Source: a virus. From it: a stretch of 64,000 nucleotides of DNA. Below the pieces are notes generated by a model. It had not been told where the DNA came from and made no database searches. It worked only from the letters and a program-made list of their open reading frames with translations. Each line of letters starts with the position of its first letter. The first letter of the stretch is position 1. The stretch lies in the IMG/VR virus record IMGVR_UViG_3300009550_000009; one strand, given 5' to 3'. Of this stretch, positions 17,737 through 27,287 are shown one piece after another. The position numbers and the translations under genes are program-made.

Positions 17737-17978
17737 CCAAATTCACAAAACTAAAACATCAAGTAAAATCAAACAAATATTATCTGTTCTGGGGTGCTTG
17801 CACTATTGCAGTCATGGTAGGACAAATTTATGTTGGCAATGGATATCGTAAAATGTCAGAAACTGGTGATGCAATATCCGCTGATATTAATTTATTAATA
17901 GAGGTTTTGACCATGCCTTCCGAAAGACAATTTTACTCCGAACCTGAACAACCATTTAAAATGCCTATCATACAATGA
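17733..17978 (+). CDS. Hypothetical membrane protein
   Basis: YLFWGACTIAVMVGQIYVG hydrophobic segment. Confidence 0.6.
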   Translation: MTKFTKLKHQVKSNKYYLFWGACTIAVMVGQIYVGNGYRKMSETGDAISADINLLIEVLTMPSERQFYSEPEQPFKMPIIQ

Positions 17979-19102
17979 TTATCAGTGAAGCAGATGCTAC
18001 ATGGGCTGCTAATGAATTTATTGATTACTTTGGTAGATTTGAAACTATTGAAGACTATATTCGTTTTACAAAAGAGGCAGCAGTTAAAGAAAGAGGTAAA
18101 TCAATTGTTTCTCTAAAAGATGAATTCTTCAATGAAGATGTTCATCCAGAGGACATGGATTTTGAGGTTAAGTTTGTTGGAGATAGATTTCAACAATCTG
18201 TTCCTCAAGCATATTATCATGAACTTTTAACTGCAACATCATCTGCAATCATTGAGAAAAATATTCCCGGTAGAGAGTTGCGTTGGATAGTATATGAAAA
18301 GAATAGTAAGAAGATAATTGGATTCATTCGCTTTGGATCTCCTACGATTAATTCTAAACCAAGAAATGAATGGTTAGGTCAACCAGCAAATCTTTCTATA
18401 TTTAATCGCCATGCAGTGATGGGTTTTGCAATCGTTCCATCCCAACCATTTGGATATAATTATCTTGGCGGTAAATTACTTGCCTTACTATGTGTATCTC
18501 ATTTTGCAAGAGAGCATCTTAATGTGGTATTTGAAAAAGATATTGGATGGTTTGAAACAACCTCTTTATATGGATCTACAACTTCTGCATCACAGTATGA
18601 TGGTCTAAAACCTTTTATTAGATTTAAAGGTTTAACTGATAGTAAATTTCTTCCTTTATTGCATGATAGAGCATTTCATAAATTGCATGATAGATTCACT
18701 GTAATTAATGATAATAATCCTGTAACTCCTACTTATGTTTCATCTAAAAAGATGAAGAGACAAACTAGAATGATTTCATGGACTAAGAATTCATTGAAAG
18801 AATATGGACAAGTAGAAAAACTAAAAAAGTTGGATGGAGTTCTTAAGAATGCATTTAAACTTACACAAAGAAAGAGATCATATACTTCTGATTATGGTTA
18901 TGGTAATGTTCGTGAAGTATTACTTGGTAAGCAAGATAAATTAGTTCGTGGTCAAAACTGGGATAAGTTCTATCTTGATAATATTATTTCATGGTGGAAG
19001 AAGAAAGCTGGTAAAAGATATGAAAAGTTAAAGTCTGAGGGTAGGTTTAGAACTGAGGTCGAACTCTGGACAGAAGATCAAGATATTCAAATTATAAGAT
19101 AA
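17975..19102 (+). CDS. DUF4338/DruA-like protein
   Basis: PGR.LRW.V.E...K.IG.I.FGS, P.QPFG.NYLGGKLLAL, FETTSLYG...SQY. Confidence 0.65.
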   Translation: MIISEADATWAANEFIDYFGRFETIEDYIRFTKEAAVKERGKSIVSLKDEFFNEDVHPEDMDFEVKFVGDRFQQSVPQAYYHELLTATSSAIIEKNIPGRELRWIVYEKNSKKIIGFIRFGSPTINSKPRNEWLGQPANLSIFNRHAVMGFAIVPSQPFGYNYLGGKLLALLCVSHFAREHLNVVFEKDIGWFETTSLYGSTTSASQYDGLKPFIRFKGLTDSKFLPLLHDRAFHKLHDRFTVINDNNPVTPTYVSSKKMKRQTRMISWTKNSLKEYGQVEKLKKLDGVLKNAFKLTQRKRSYTSDYGYGNVREVLLGKQDKLVRGQNWDKFYLDNIISWWKKKAGKRYEKLKSEGRFRTEVELWTEDQDIQIIR

Positions 19103-19482
19103 TGGAACTTAAAGATTGGTTGAACTCGATCAACTTCAATAAAGAAAATTTAACTGAAGATGATCCAAGTGTAATAAAAGATTATCCTCCATACATTATT
19201 AATCGTTGTTTATCAGGACATCTTGATTGTGTAATGTTTGCAAATGAGATGAATAAATATCCTTTCTTAGATAAGGATCTTCAATATTCTTTTTATCTAA
19301 ATACACTTAGGAAAAAGAAGAGATTCTCTCCTTGGCTCCGTAAGGATAAAGTCACAGACCTTGAAATTGTCAAACAATACTATGGTTATAGTAATGAAAA
19401 AGCATCACAAGCTCTGAAAATTTTAACCGCCGAACAGATTACTTTTATTAAACAACGACTTGATACTGGAGGAATGAAATGA
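19102..19482 (+). CDS. gp62: Clamp loader small subunit gp62
   Basis: YPPYIINRCLS, ANEMN, RKKKRFSPW, YYGYS.EKA. Confidence 0.93.
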   Translation: MELKDWLNSINFNKENLTEDDPSVIKDYPPYIINRCLSGHLDCVMFANEMNKYPFLDKDLQYSFYLNTLRKKKRFSPWLRKDKVTDLEIVKQYYGYSNEKASQALKILTAEQITFIKQRLDTGGMK

Positions 19483-19916
19483 CGGTCACTGTTGAACCTA
19501 CTGTGCAATGGTCTCAAGATCAAATGCTAGAGGTTGTATTAAATGAACCAGATGATTTTTTGAAAGTTCGTGAGACACTAACCCGTATTGGAGTTGCGTC
19601 TAGAAAAGAGAAAAAACTCTATCAATCCTGCCATATTTTACATAAGCAAGGAAAATATTATATTGTTCACTTTAAAGAATTATTCGCTTTAGATGGTAAG
19701 CATGCTAATCTAACAATTAATGATGTGCAGAGACGTAATCGCATAACTCATTTATTGGCTGACTGGGGACTTATTTCTATTGTTAAAGAGGATAGTTGTG
19801 TTGATATCGCACCACTAAATCAAATTAAAGTCTTATCATATAAGAATAAATCTGAATGGCAACTTGAGCAGAAATACAATATTGGGAAGAAAGGAAAAAC
19901 AACCGAATCTGAATAA
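19479..19916 (+). CDS. regA: Translational repressor RegA
   Basis: DDFLKVRETLTRIG, LYQSCHILHKQG.YYIVHFKELF.LDG. Confidence 0.96.
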   Translation: MTVTVEPTVQWSQDQMLEVVLNEPDDFLKVRETLTRIGVASRKEKKLYQSCHILHKQGKYYIVHFKELFALDGKHANLTINDVQRRNRITHLLADWGLISIVKEDSCVDIAPLNQIKVLSYKNKSEWQLEQKYNIGKKGKTTESE

Positions 19917-20624
19917 TTGAAAAAATTTATTTTTGACATTGACGGCACTCTCACACCGAGTCGTCAACAAATGGATATGTCTTTTATGGCATGGTTTATT
20001 ATCTTTGAATGTAATCATCCAGTTTATCTTGTAACCGGAAGTGATAGAGAGAAGACTATAGACCAAGTTGGTTTAGATGTTTATAATAGAGCAAAGAGAG
20101 TTTACAATTGTGCAGGTAATGCGATCTATGAAAAAGATAAACTTGTCTATCAAAATCCTTGGGTTCTATCTAATGATGCCAAAAAATTTTTATTAGAAGA
20201 GTTGGAACAAAGTTCATTTCCAATCAGAACAGGAACTCATATAGAAGATAGGCCTGGATGTGTAAACTTTAGTATTTTAGGAAGAGGTGCAAACTGGGAA
20301 GAAAGGCAAACATATAAAGAATGGGATAAGGAAAAGAATGAAAGAGTTGGTATTGCAAGAAGATTTAATAAAAAATTTCCTGATCTCTATGCGTTTGTCG
20401 GTGGAGAAACAGGAGTTGATATATCATCAAAAGGTAGTGATAAGGGACAAATCATAAGAGATTTTTCTTTTGAAGATGACATACATTTTTTTGGTGATAG
20501 AATGGACAAAGATGGTAATGATTATCCTTTAGCACAAGAGGTTGACAAAAGAGGAGGAATCAATTATCATGTGAACAGTTGGCAAGATACTAACAAGAGA
20601 TTGCTTGAAATACTTGACATCTAA
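19917..20624 (+). CDS. HAD-IIB hydrolase, eukaryotic-type phosphomannomutase-like
   Basis: FDIDGTLT, IE.R...NFS..GR, GG..G.DI, FFGD.....GNDY; TTG start. Confidence 0.8.
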   Translation: MKKFIFDIDGTLTPSRQQMDMSFMAWFIIFECNHPVYLVTGSDREKTIDQVGLDVYNRAKRVYNCAGNAIYEKDKLVYQNPWVLSNDAKKFLLEELEQSSFPIRTGTHIEDRPGCVNFSILGRGANWEERQTYKEWDKEKNERVGIARRFNKKFPDLYAFVGGETGVDISSKGSDKGQIIRDFSFEDDIHFFGDRMDKDGNDYPLAQEVDKRGGINYHVNSWQDTNKRLLEILDI

Positions 20625-20642
20625 ATAAACTCATACTATAAT
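20614..20642 (+). promoter_or_regulatory. Consensus sigma70 promoter
   Basis: TTGACA-N17-TATAAT. Confidence 0.85.
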
Positions 20643-20726
20643 AAGTATATCGCAGATTTTTTCACAGGTTGAAGGAGGACGCTCGTAACAATACGCAAAT
20701 TGTAAATCCTATTACCAATTAATAAC

Positions 20727-22031
20727 ATGCCTAATCGTAAGCAAAGACGACAAATTAAAAGACTTTTTAAGAGAGTCACAAATATATTACTTAGAAAAAA
20801 AGATCCATATAATAAAAATCTCTGGGATCTGTATAATACATTTCACAACCTCTTCGTAGCACCAGATGATTTTCAAAGACCCTTATCTTGGGGCCCTGAA
20901 CAAAAAGTAAAATACTTTGATTCTATTTTAATGAATAGAGTTGAAGGAACAATAGTAGTTGTTAATGCGCCAAAAGCACTTGCAGCACTCAAAAGATATG
21001 GTAACAAAAATGCTGGATGTAGCAGCATATCAAAAGCGATAGAACTTTTTGAAAAAGAGATTGCTAAAGGTAAAAAGTGGATAGTTATTGATGCAAACAA
21101 TCGTTTAGATTTTATTTGCAACTTATTAGCAGATAACTATGCTATACCAGAGGGTGAGTATGAATTTATTCCTGATGCAGACGACAACTTCTCCGGTTCA
21201 TTTGTTGTTGACAAAACAAACAACAGATTTTCATTACTATCAGATTTGGTGCAAGAGGCTATCAAAAGTAGAGTCACTGTAATTAGCGAATACGTGCAAA
21301 CAGATTGGCAAGGAATGTCCATTGCCTTTATTAACACAAATAATATGGTTGCACCTAATGAGCAAGAAATCAGAAATGCTTTTTACTCTGAATGGCCTGA
21401 ATACGTTCGTAACCTTCGTAAGCACAATATTGATCTTTTAAGTTTAGTATTTACAAAAGATCCTGTGAAAAGATATTGTGGTGATGAGTTTCTTCTAAAC
21501 TGCATTGCTCTGGATAAATCTTGTATCGTTGAAACTGAAACTCTTAATGAGTTTTCAGCAAAAGTTAATGAAGGAAAAGAAGATAAAGAGGAAAAGTTAA
21601 AGATTAACGTGGCATGCAAAGCTTTAACTCAAAAAGTCAAAGATGACATATACATCTCTGAATTTGATGAGGATGAAACAGAATATTATGAAAGAGTCTT
21701 TATGCATCTTTATGATAATATTCGTAAAATGCAAAAGAATAACGTGCCATTCAATGCAACACAATCACTTATACAAAATTTGTTTTGGTTAATGTGTAAT
21801 GGAATCGATACCTATCAAGAGTTTGAGTTAGCAGTTAAGTATCATCAGGATGCGTATAATGATGCGAACATAACTTATTCTGAGGATGCAGCAACATTCA
21901 GAAATGCTTGTTCTGGTTCCACTAAAAAGAATATTGAGTTTCGTTACATAATACTATCTCGTATAGTAGAGAGGGTAAAGTTAGAAACTCTTATTACTCC
22001 AATGAATGAGACCATGAACATAGAGGTTTAA
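20727..22031 (+). CDS. DUF262/ParB-superfamily-like protein (GmrS-like N-terminal domain)
   Basis: FQR..W.....Y..SI and VIDANNRL (variant of DGQQR), F..N....L...E.RNA. Confidence 0.55.
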   Translation: MPNRKQRRQIKRLFKRVTNILLRKKDPYNKNLWDLYNTFHNLFVAPDDFQRPLSWGPEQKVKYFDSILMNRVEGTIVVVNAPKALAALKRYGNKNAGCSSISKAIELFEKEIAKGKKWIVIDANNRLDFICNLLADNYAIPEGEYEFIPDADDNFSGSFVVDKTNNRFSLLSDLVQEAIKSRVTVISEYVQTDWQGMSIAFINTNNMVAPNEQEIRNAFYSEWPEYVRNLRKHNIDLLSLVFTKDPVKRYCGDEFLLNCIALDKSCIVETETLNEFSAKVNEGKEDKEEKLKINVACKALTQKVKDDIYISEFDEDETEYYERVFMHLYDNIRKMQKNNVPFNATQSLIQNLFWLMCNGIDTYQEFELAVKYHQDAYNDANITYSEDAATFRNACSGSTKKNIEFRYIILSRIVERVKLETLITPMNETMNIEV

Positions 22032-22072
22032 TCGGTTAACCGTATATGGAGTGCCAACCGTATATCAAAATT

Positions 22073-22097
22073 GGGGGTATCACTACTCCCTTTTTTT
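22073..22097 (+). terminator. Rho-independent terminator
   Basis: GGGGGTA-TCAC-TACTCCC followed by T7. Confidence 0.8.
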
Positions 22098-22103
22098 GTG
22101 ATC

Positions 22104-22163
22104 TGTTATAATTAGTATGTCGCCTTCGGGGACACAATTCACACTCGCTGTAACAGGAGAACT
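22104..22163 (+). promoter_or_regulatory. hsp20 promoter and ROSE-like structured 5'UTR
   Basis: TGtTATAAT at 22104-22112; cUUCGg hairpin at 22118-22134; CUCGCUG/CAGGAG hairpin at 22144-22159 masks the Shine-Dalgarno sequence. Confidence 0.7.
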
Positions 22164-22583
22164 ATGACTAACATTTATCGCGCAAAAGATCTAGGAGAAC
22201 TATTTGAAAAGATAACAGCCAATTCAATAGGTATTGATAAAGCAATTGAAAGTTTTTGGCAAAATCCAAACTCCACTTATCCGCCATTTAATATTCTGCA
22301 AGAAAATAATCACGAATCTATTTTAGAAATTGCATTAGCAGGATTTAAAAAAAGTGAAGTTAAAGTCTACACTGAACATGGAAAGATTATTGTAGAGGGA
22401 AAGAAAAACGAAAAAAAAGAAAATGAATATGTCCATCGTGGGATGGCTCAACGATCATTTAAAAGAGAATGGCAACTTACAGATGATGTGGTTGTAAAGG
22501 ATGTAAAATTTGAAGATGGATTACTTGTAATTAATCTAGGTAAAGTAGTTCCAGAACATCATGCTCGAAAAGATTATCTCTAA
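22164..22583 (+). CDS. hsp20: Small heat-shock protein Hsp20
   Basis: YPPFN, LEIALAGF, HRG.A.RSF.R.W.L, F.DGLL.I.L. Confidence 0.95.
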   Translation: MTNIYRAKDLGELFEKITANSIGIDKAIESFWQNPNSTYPPFNILQENNHESILEIALAGFKKSEVKVYTEHGKIIVEGKKNEKKENEYVHRGMAQRSFKREWQLTDDVVVKDVKFEDGLLVINLGKVVPEHHARKDYL

Positions 22584-22609
22584 ATAAAAACGAGTTCGAG
22601 ATGGAACTT

Positions 22610-22644
22610 GGGGATCTTGACGATCCCCTTTTTTATGTTATAAT
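22610..22644 (+). terminator. Terminator overlapping a sigma70 promoter
   Basis: GGGGATC-TTGAC-GATCCCC-T6; the loop supplies a TTGACG -35, and TGtTATAAT ends at 22644. Confidence 0.75.
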
Positions 22645-22665
22645 TATATGAGGACAAAAAACTAA

Positions 22666-23016
22666 ATGACGGTAAAAATATTATTACTTAAATCTGGTGA
22701 AGATGTCATCGCTGATGTCAAGGAGATGATTTCTCCCGAAGAAAAAGTTATTGGATATTTCCTTACAAAACCTGTTGTGGTTAAGTTAATACCAAAAAAA
22801 TCTAATAACGACAAAAAAGAAACATCTATATCAATGTTTCCGTGGATGCCCCTTGCAAAAGAAAAGGCTATACCACTACCAACTGACTGGGTTGTAACTA
22901 TGGTAACACCCATCGAAAAAATTGAACAAATGTATAAAGAGGAAGTTTTAAATGGAGAAACCACCGATCAAACTGATAGTGCTGATGAATCAACAAAAAC
23001 TAATATCTCAGATTGA
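22666..23016 (+). CDS. Conserved cyanophage hypothetical protein (Sm-like)
   Basis: LLLKSGEDVIADV...PW.PL...DWVVT.V.P. Confidence 0.7.
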   Translation: MTVKILLLKSGEDVIADVKEMISPEEKVIGYFLTKPVVVKLIPKKSNNDKKETSISMFPWMPLAKEKAIPLPTDWVVTMVTPIEKIEQMYKEEVLNGETTDQTDSADESTKTNISD

Positions 23017-23212
23017 TGAGATTGGTGCTGACATTGGACAACCTGATTGTAAATTAACTGAACCTTTTATAGTTGGAGATAATAATACTTTGTCTCCTTG
23101 GTTAGTTGAATCTACCAATCAGAATGTTTTTATGTTATCATCAGATAAGATCCTCACACTTGTTGATCCCAAACCTACTTTACTTGAAAAATATCAAGAC
23201 CTTCTTAAATGA
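22952..23212 (+). CDS. Conserved cyanophage hypothetical protein
   Basis: ADIG.PDCKL.EPF...PWL...SDKILT..DP; typical gene before gp43. Confidence 0.7.
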   Translation: MEKPPIKLIVLMNQQKLISQIDEIGADIGQPDCKLTEPFIVGDNNTLSPWLVESTNQNVFMLSSDKILTLVDPKPTLLEKYQDLLK

Positions 23213-25703
23213 AATTCTATACTAATGTCCAGTTGATTGGTAATCAATTTCTGGTTCGTGGTGTTGAGAATGGGAAAAGATATGAACACAGAGATGAGTT
23301 CTTTCCCACTCTTTTCGTTAGATCAAAAAAGAAAACAAAATACAAAACATTAATGGTGTTTCGGTTGATGCTATCAATCCGGGATCTGTAAGAGATTGTC
23401 GTGATTTTTTTAAGAAGTATGATGAAGTCGAGGGATTTGAAATATATGGAAATGATCGATATATCTATCAATACATATCAGAAAAATATCCAGAGGATGA
23501 GATCAAGTTTGATATTAGTAAAATTAAATTAGTCACTCTTGATATTGAGGTGTCATCTGAACAAGGATTCCCCGATGTTGAATCTTGTGTAGAGGAAATA
23601 CTTGCGATTACAATACAGGATTATACAACAAAAGAAATCATTACATGGGGTGTTAAACCATTTAATAATACACAAAAGAATGTAACATATCATTGTTGTA
23701 ATACTGAAGAGAATTTACTTCGCACCTTTATTAATCATTGGATGCAAGATGTTCCTGATGTGATTACTGGCTGGAACATTCAACTATACGATATACCATA
23801 CATTTGCAAACGCATCAATCGTGTTCTTGGTGAGAAGACAATGAAACGTATGTCACCTTGGGGTCTTGTATCTGAGGGTGAGATTCATCTTATGGGAAGA
23901 AGTCATACCACCTTTGATGTTGGTGGTGTCACGCAACTTGATTACTTGGATCTATACAAGAAGTTTACATACAAGGCACAAGAATCATACCGATTAGATT
24001 ACATTGCAAAGGTAGAACTTGGTCAACAAAAACTTGATCACTCAGAGTTTGATACATTCAAAGACTTCTATACAAAAGGGTGGCAGAAGTTTATTGAATA
24101 CAACATCATTGACGTTGAACTTGTTGATCGTTTGGAAGACAAGATGAAACTGATTGAACTTGCATTGACGATGGCATATGATGCCAAGGTGAATTACAAC
24201 GATGTGTTTTATCAGGTAAGAATGTGGGATACTATTATCTACAACTATCTCAAGAAACGTAACATTGTAATCCCCCCAAAGAATAGATCAGCAAAGAATG
24301 AAAAGTATGCAGGTGCTTATGTAAAAGAACCAATTCCCGGAAAGTATGATTGGGTTGTAAACTTTGACCTTAACTCTCTATATCCTCATCTGATCATGCA
24401 ATATAATATCTCGCCGGAGACATTGATTGAGGAAAGACACCCAACAGTTACTGTTGATAAAATATTATCTGAAGAGATAACATTTGAAATGCATCAAAAT
24501 AATGCAGTATGTGCAAACGGTGCGATGTATCGTAAGGATATTCGTGGGTTTCTACCAGAACTGATGGATAAGATGTATGGAGATCGTGTGGTCTTCAAAA
24601 AGAAAATGATTGAAGCAAAGAAACAGTATGAAAAAACTCCTACTAAACAATTGGAAAAGGAGATTGCTAGATGTAACAACATTCAGATGGCAAAAAAGAT
24701 CTCCCTTAATAGTGCTTATGGTGCTATTGGTAATCAATATTTTCGCTATTACAAACTTGCCAATGCAGAAGCTATTACACTATCTGGTCAGGTTTCTATC
24801 CGTTGGATAGAAAACAAAATGAACAACTATCTAAACAAAATACTTAAAACAGAGGAGGTTGACTATGTTATTGCTTCAGATACTGATTCCATCTATCTTA
24901 ATCTTGGGCCTTTGGTGGAGGTCATATACAAAGATCGAGAGAAGGATGGTGCGAGCATTGTCTCGTTCCTTAATAAGATCTGTGAAATGGAACTTGAGAA
25001 GTATATTGAGAGTTCTTACGAAGCGTTGGCGAAATACGTAAACGCATATGATCAAAAGATGTTCATGAAGCGAGAGAACATTGCAGATCGTGGTATATGG
25101 ACAGCAAAGAAAAGATATATTTTAAATGTATGGGATAGTGAAGGTGTTCGATATGAAGAACCTAAACTAAAGATGATGGGTATTGAGGCAGTCAAGTCAT
25201 CAACTCCTGCACCTTGTCGTAAGATGATTAAGGATGCACTTAAGATAATGATGAATGGCACAGAGGAAGATATAATTGATTATATTGATGCTTGTCGTAA
25301 GGAATTCAAAACATTACCGGCAGAGGAAATATCATTTCCTCGCACAGCATCAAATGTAGATAAGTATCGAGCACATTCTACGATATACTCAAAGGGAACT
25401 CCCATACATATACGTGGTGCGTTATTGTTTAACCACCATGTGAAAAAGAATAAGTTGGATAATAAATATTCACTTATTCAAAACGGTGAAAAAATTAAAT
25501 TCTGTTATTTGAAAAAACCTAACATTATTCACGAAAATATTATATCCTTTATCCAAGACTTTCCTCGTGAAATTGGACTTGATGCGTATATCGATTATGA
25601 TCTACAATTTGATAAGTCATTCTTGGAACCACTCAAAATCATTCTTGATGCCATTGGGTGGAATGTAGAAAAAACTGTAAACCTCGAACTATTCTTTTCC
25701 TAA
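23209..25703 (+). CDS. gp43: Family B DNA polymerase gp43, interrupted by a single -1 frameshift near 23352
   Basis: The N-terminus MKFYTNVQ...KYKTL is in one frame and continues as NGVSVDAINPG...DIEV (ExoI) in the -1 frame; DLNSLYP, KISLNSAYG and SDTDS motifs intact. Confidence 0.93.
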
Positions 25704-25873
25704 TGGATTTACCTGTTGACGACAGAGAACTTGCCACTATAATAAAAGCATTGACTTTAGGTGGTGATACTGCATTGTATCAAAAACTTAAATTAGTCAA
25801 AGAAACACGGGATCAAAATCCCGGTGGCCCTTATAAAAAAATTCTACGTGAAACTCACGGATTAGTGATATGA
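25703..25873 (+). CDS. Small conserved cyanophage hypothetical protein
   Basis: MDLPVDDRELATIIKALTLGGDTALYQKL; ATG overlaps the gp43 stop. Confidence 0.6.
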   Translation: MDLPVDDRELATIIKALTLGGDTALYQKLKLVKETRDQNPGGPYKKILRETHGLVI

Positions 25874-26139
25874 TTTTTTCTACTTTAATTGAACACGGAA
25901 ACTATGATGGATTACCACCAACAGGTGTATTCATATTTTGGATCGTAGCATCCATAGTTATAACAGTAGGGTATGGTTTATACAATACTTTTGGAGAAGG
26001 TGGTAAAAACCTTAAAGATGAAATTTTAGAGCATGCGAAAATGCATGAGTTAGGGATTGCACATGGTCATGAAGGACGTAAACCAGTAATGACACAGAGA
26101 GCACAAGAAAAAGATTATCCACTACATCATCATAAGTAA
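25870..26139 (+). CDS. psbN: PsbN-like protein with His-rich extension
   Basis: TM helix followed by GY.LY.TFG...K.L.D...EH, matching the PsbN pattern GYALYTAFG...LRDPFEEH. Confidence 0.6.
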   Translation: MIFSTLIEHGNYDGLPPTGVFIFWIVASIVITVGYGLYNTFGEGGKNLKDEILEHAKMHELGIAHGHEGRKPVMTQRAQEKDYPLHHHK

Positions 26140-26600
26140 TGTTTTATAAAAAAGTGAGTCTGGTTACTGGTGGGTTTGATCCTTTACACAGTGGCCACAT
26201 ATCATATTTTGCAAGAGCAAAAGACTTCTCTGATTTTTTGGTTGTTGGTATTAATACTGAAGAGTGGTTAACTAAAAAGAAGGGACAATACTTTCAATCA
26301 TGGACAGAGAGAGCAGAAATTATTCGTCATCTAAGAATGGTTGATGCTGTCATTACTGTCCCTGATGACGATCAAGGATCCGCGTGTGGTGCAATAGATA
26401 AATGTTTAGAGATTGCAGATGAAATTATTTTCTGTAACGGAGGTGACAGAGAAAAAGGTAACACACCAGAACTTGACAGATTTAAAAAAAATGATAGAGT
26501 TAAGTTTGAATGGGGTATCGGTGGTAATGATAAAATGAATAGTAGTTCATGGATTCTACACGGATATTTTGAAAGACAACGTAAATTACTAGGAATCTGA
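26139..26600 (+). CDS. Cytidylyltransferase-family nucleotidyltransferase (HldE/TagD-like)
   Basis: TGGFDPLHSGH, VG.N...WL..KKG, NGGDR, K.NSSS. Confidence 0.88.
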   Translation: MFYKKVSLVTGGFDPLHSGHISYFARAKDFSDFLVVGINTEEWLTKKKGQYFQSWTERAEIIRHLRMVDAVITVPDDDQGSACGAIDKCLEIADEIIFCNGGDREKGNTPELDRFKKNDRVKFEWGIGGNDKMNSSSWILHGYFERQRKLLGI

Positions 26601-27139
26601 TGGAAACGCATAGAAATACATTGCGTATGTTACTCAAAGAGAGAGCGTATAAGCATGGTAAATTTACCCTATCATCGGGTAAAGAATCAGAACATTACAT
26701 CAATTGCAAACCTGTCACCTTATCATGTGAAGGGAATGCATTGTTATCTCACCTAATGATTGAACATGTGGAGGATAACGCTGCAGCAGTAGGTGGTCTA
26801 ACTTTAGGTGCTGATCCTTTAGTATGTGGCATTGCACAGAAGGCTTATTATTCTGGTAAACATATTGATGCTCTTATTGTAAGAAAAAATCCTAAAGGAT
26901 ATGGGACAAAGGAAGTTATTGAAGGTAATAAACCACCAAAAGGATCAGTTGTTACTGTTTTAGAAGATGTTACTACTACAGGTAGTAGTGCGATCAAGGC
27001 AGTGAATGTATTACGAGATGCAGGTTATATTGTAAATCGTGTTGTTGCGATTGTAGATCGTCAAGAGAATCATAAGGTGTGGGATAATAACGAACTAGAA
27101 TTTATTTCATTATTTAAATTAGAGGATATTATTAAATGA
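26600..27139 (+). CDS. pyrE: Orotate phosphoribosyltransferase
   Basis: FTLSSG..S.HY, VRK..K.YG, PRPP-binding VLEDVTTTGSS. Confidence 0.93.
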   Translation: METHRNTLRMLLKERAYKHGKFTLSSGKESEHYINCKPVTLSCEGNALLSHLMIEHVEDNAAAVGGLTLGADPLVCGIAQKAYYSGKHIDALIVRKNPKGYGTKEVIEGNKPPKGSVVTVLEDVTTTGSSAIKAVNVLRDAGYIVNRVVAIVDRQENHKVWDNNELEFISLFKLEDIIK

Positions 27140-27285
27140 ATTGTTGGCATTGCAATACTGAATTGATCTGGGGAGGAGATCATGACATTGACGAAGATGA
27201 GAGTATGGAGTATGATATGGTTACTAACTTATCATGCCCAACTTGTGAATCTTATGTTGAAGTGTATCACAAGTTTAAAAAATAA
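27136..27285 (+). CDS. Small zinc-ribbon protein (49 aa, missing from the ORF track)
   Basis: MNCWHCNTELIWGGDHD...LSCPTC with two CxxC motifs. Confidence 0.65.
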   Translation: MNCWHCNTELIWGGDHDIDEDESMEYDMVTNLSCPTCESYVEVYHKFKK

Positions 27286-27287
27286 TT

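Noticed and set aside
23209-23391. A naturally split two-gene DNA polymerase
   Set aside because: The downstream ORF called at 23550 would begin inside the ExoI motif with no ribosome-binding site, and a single added base restores one continuous gene.
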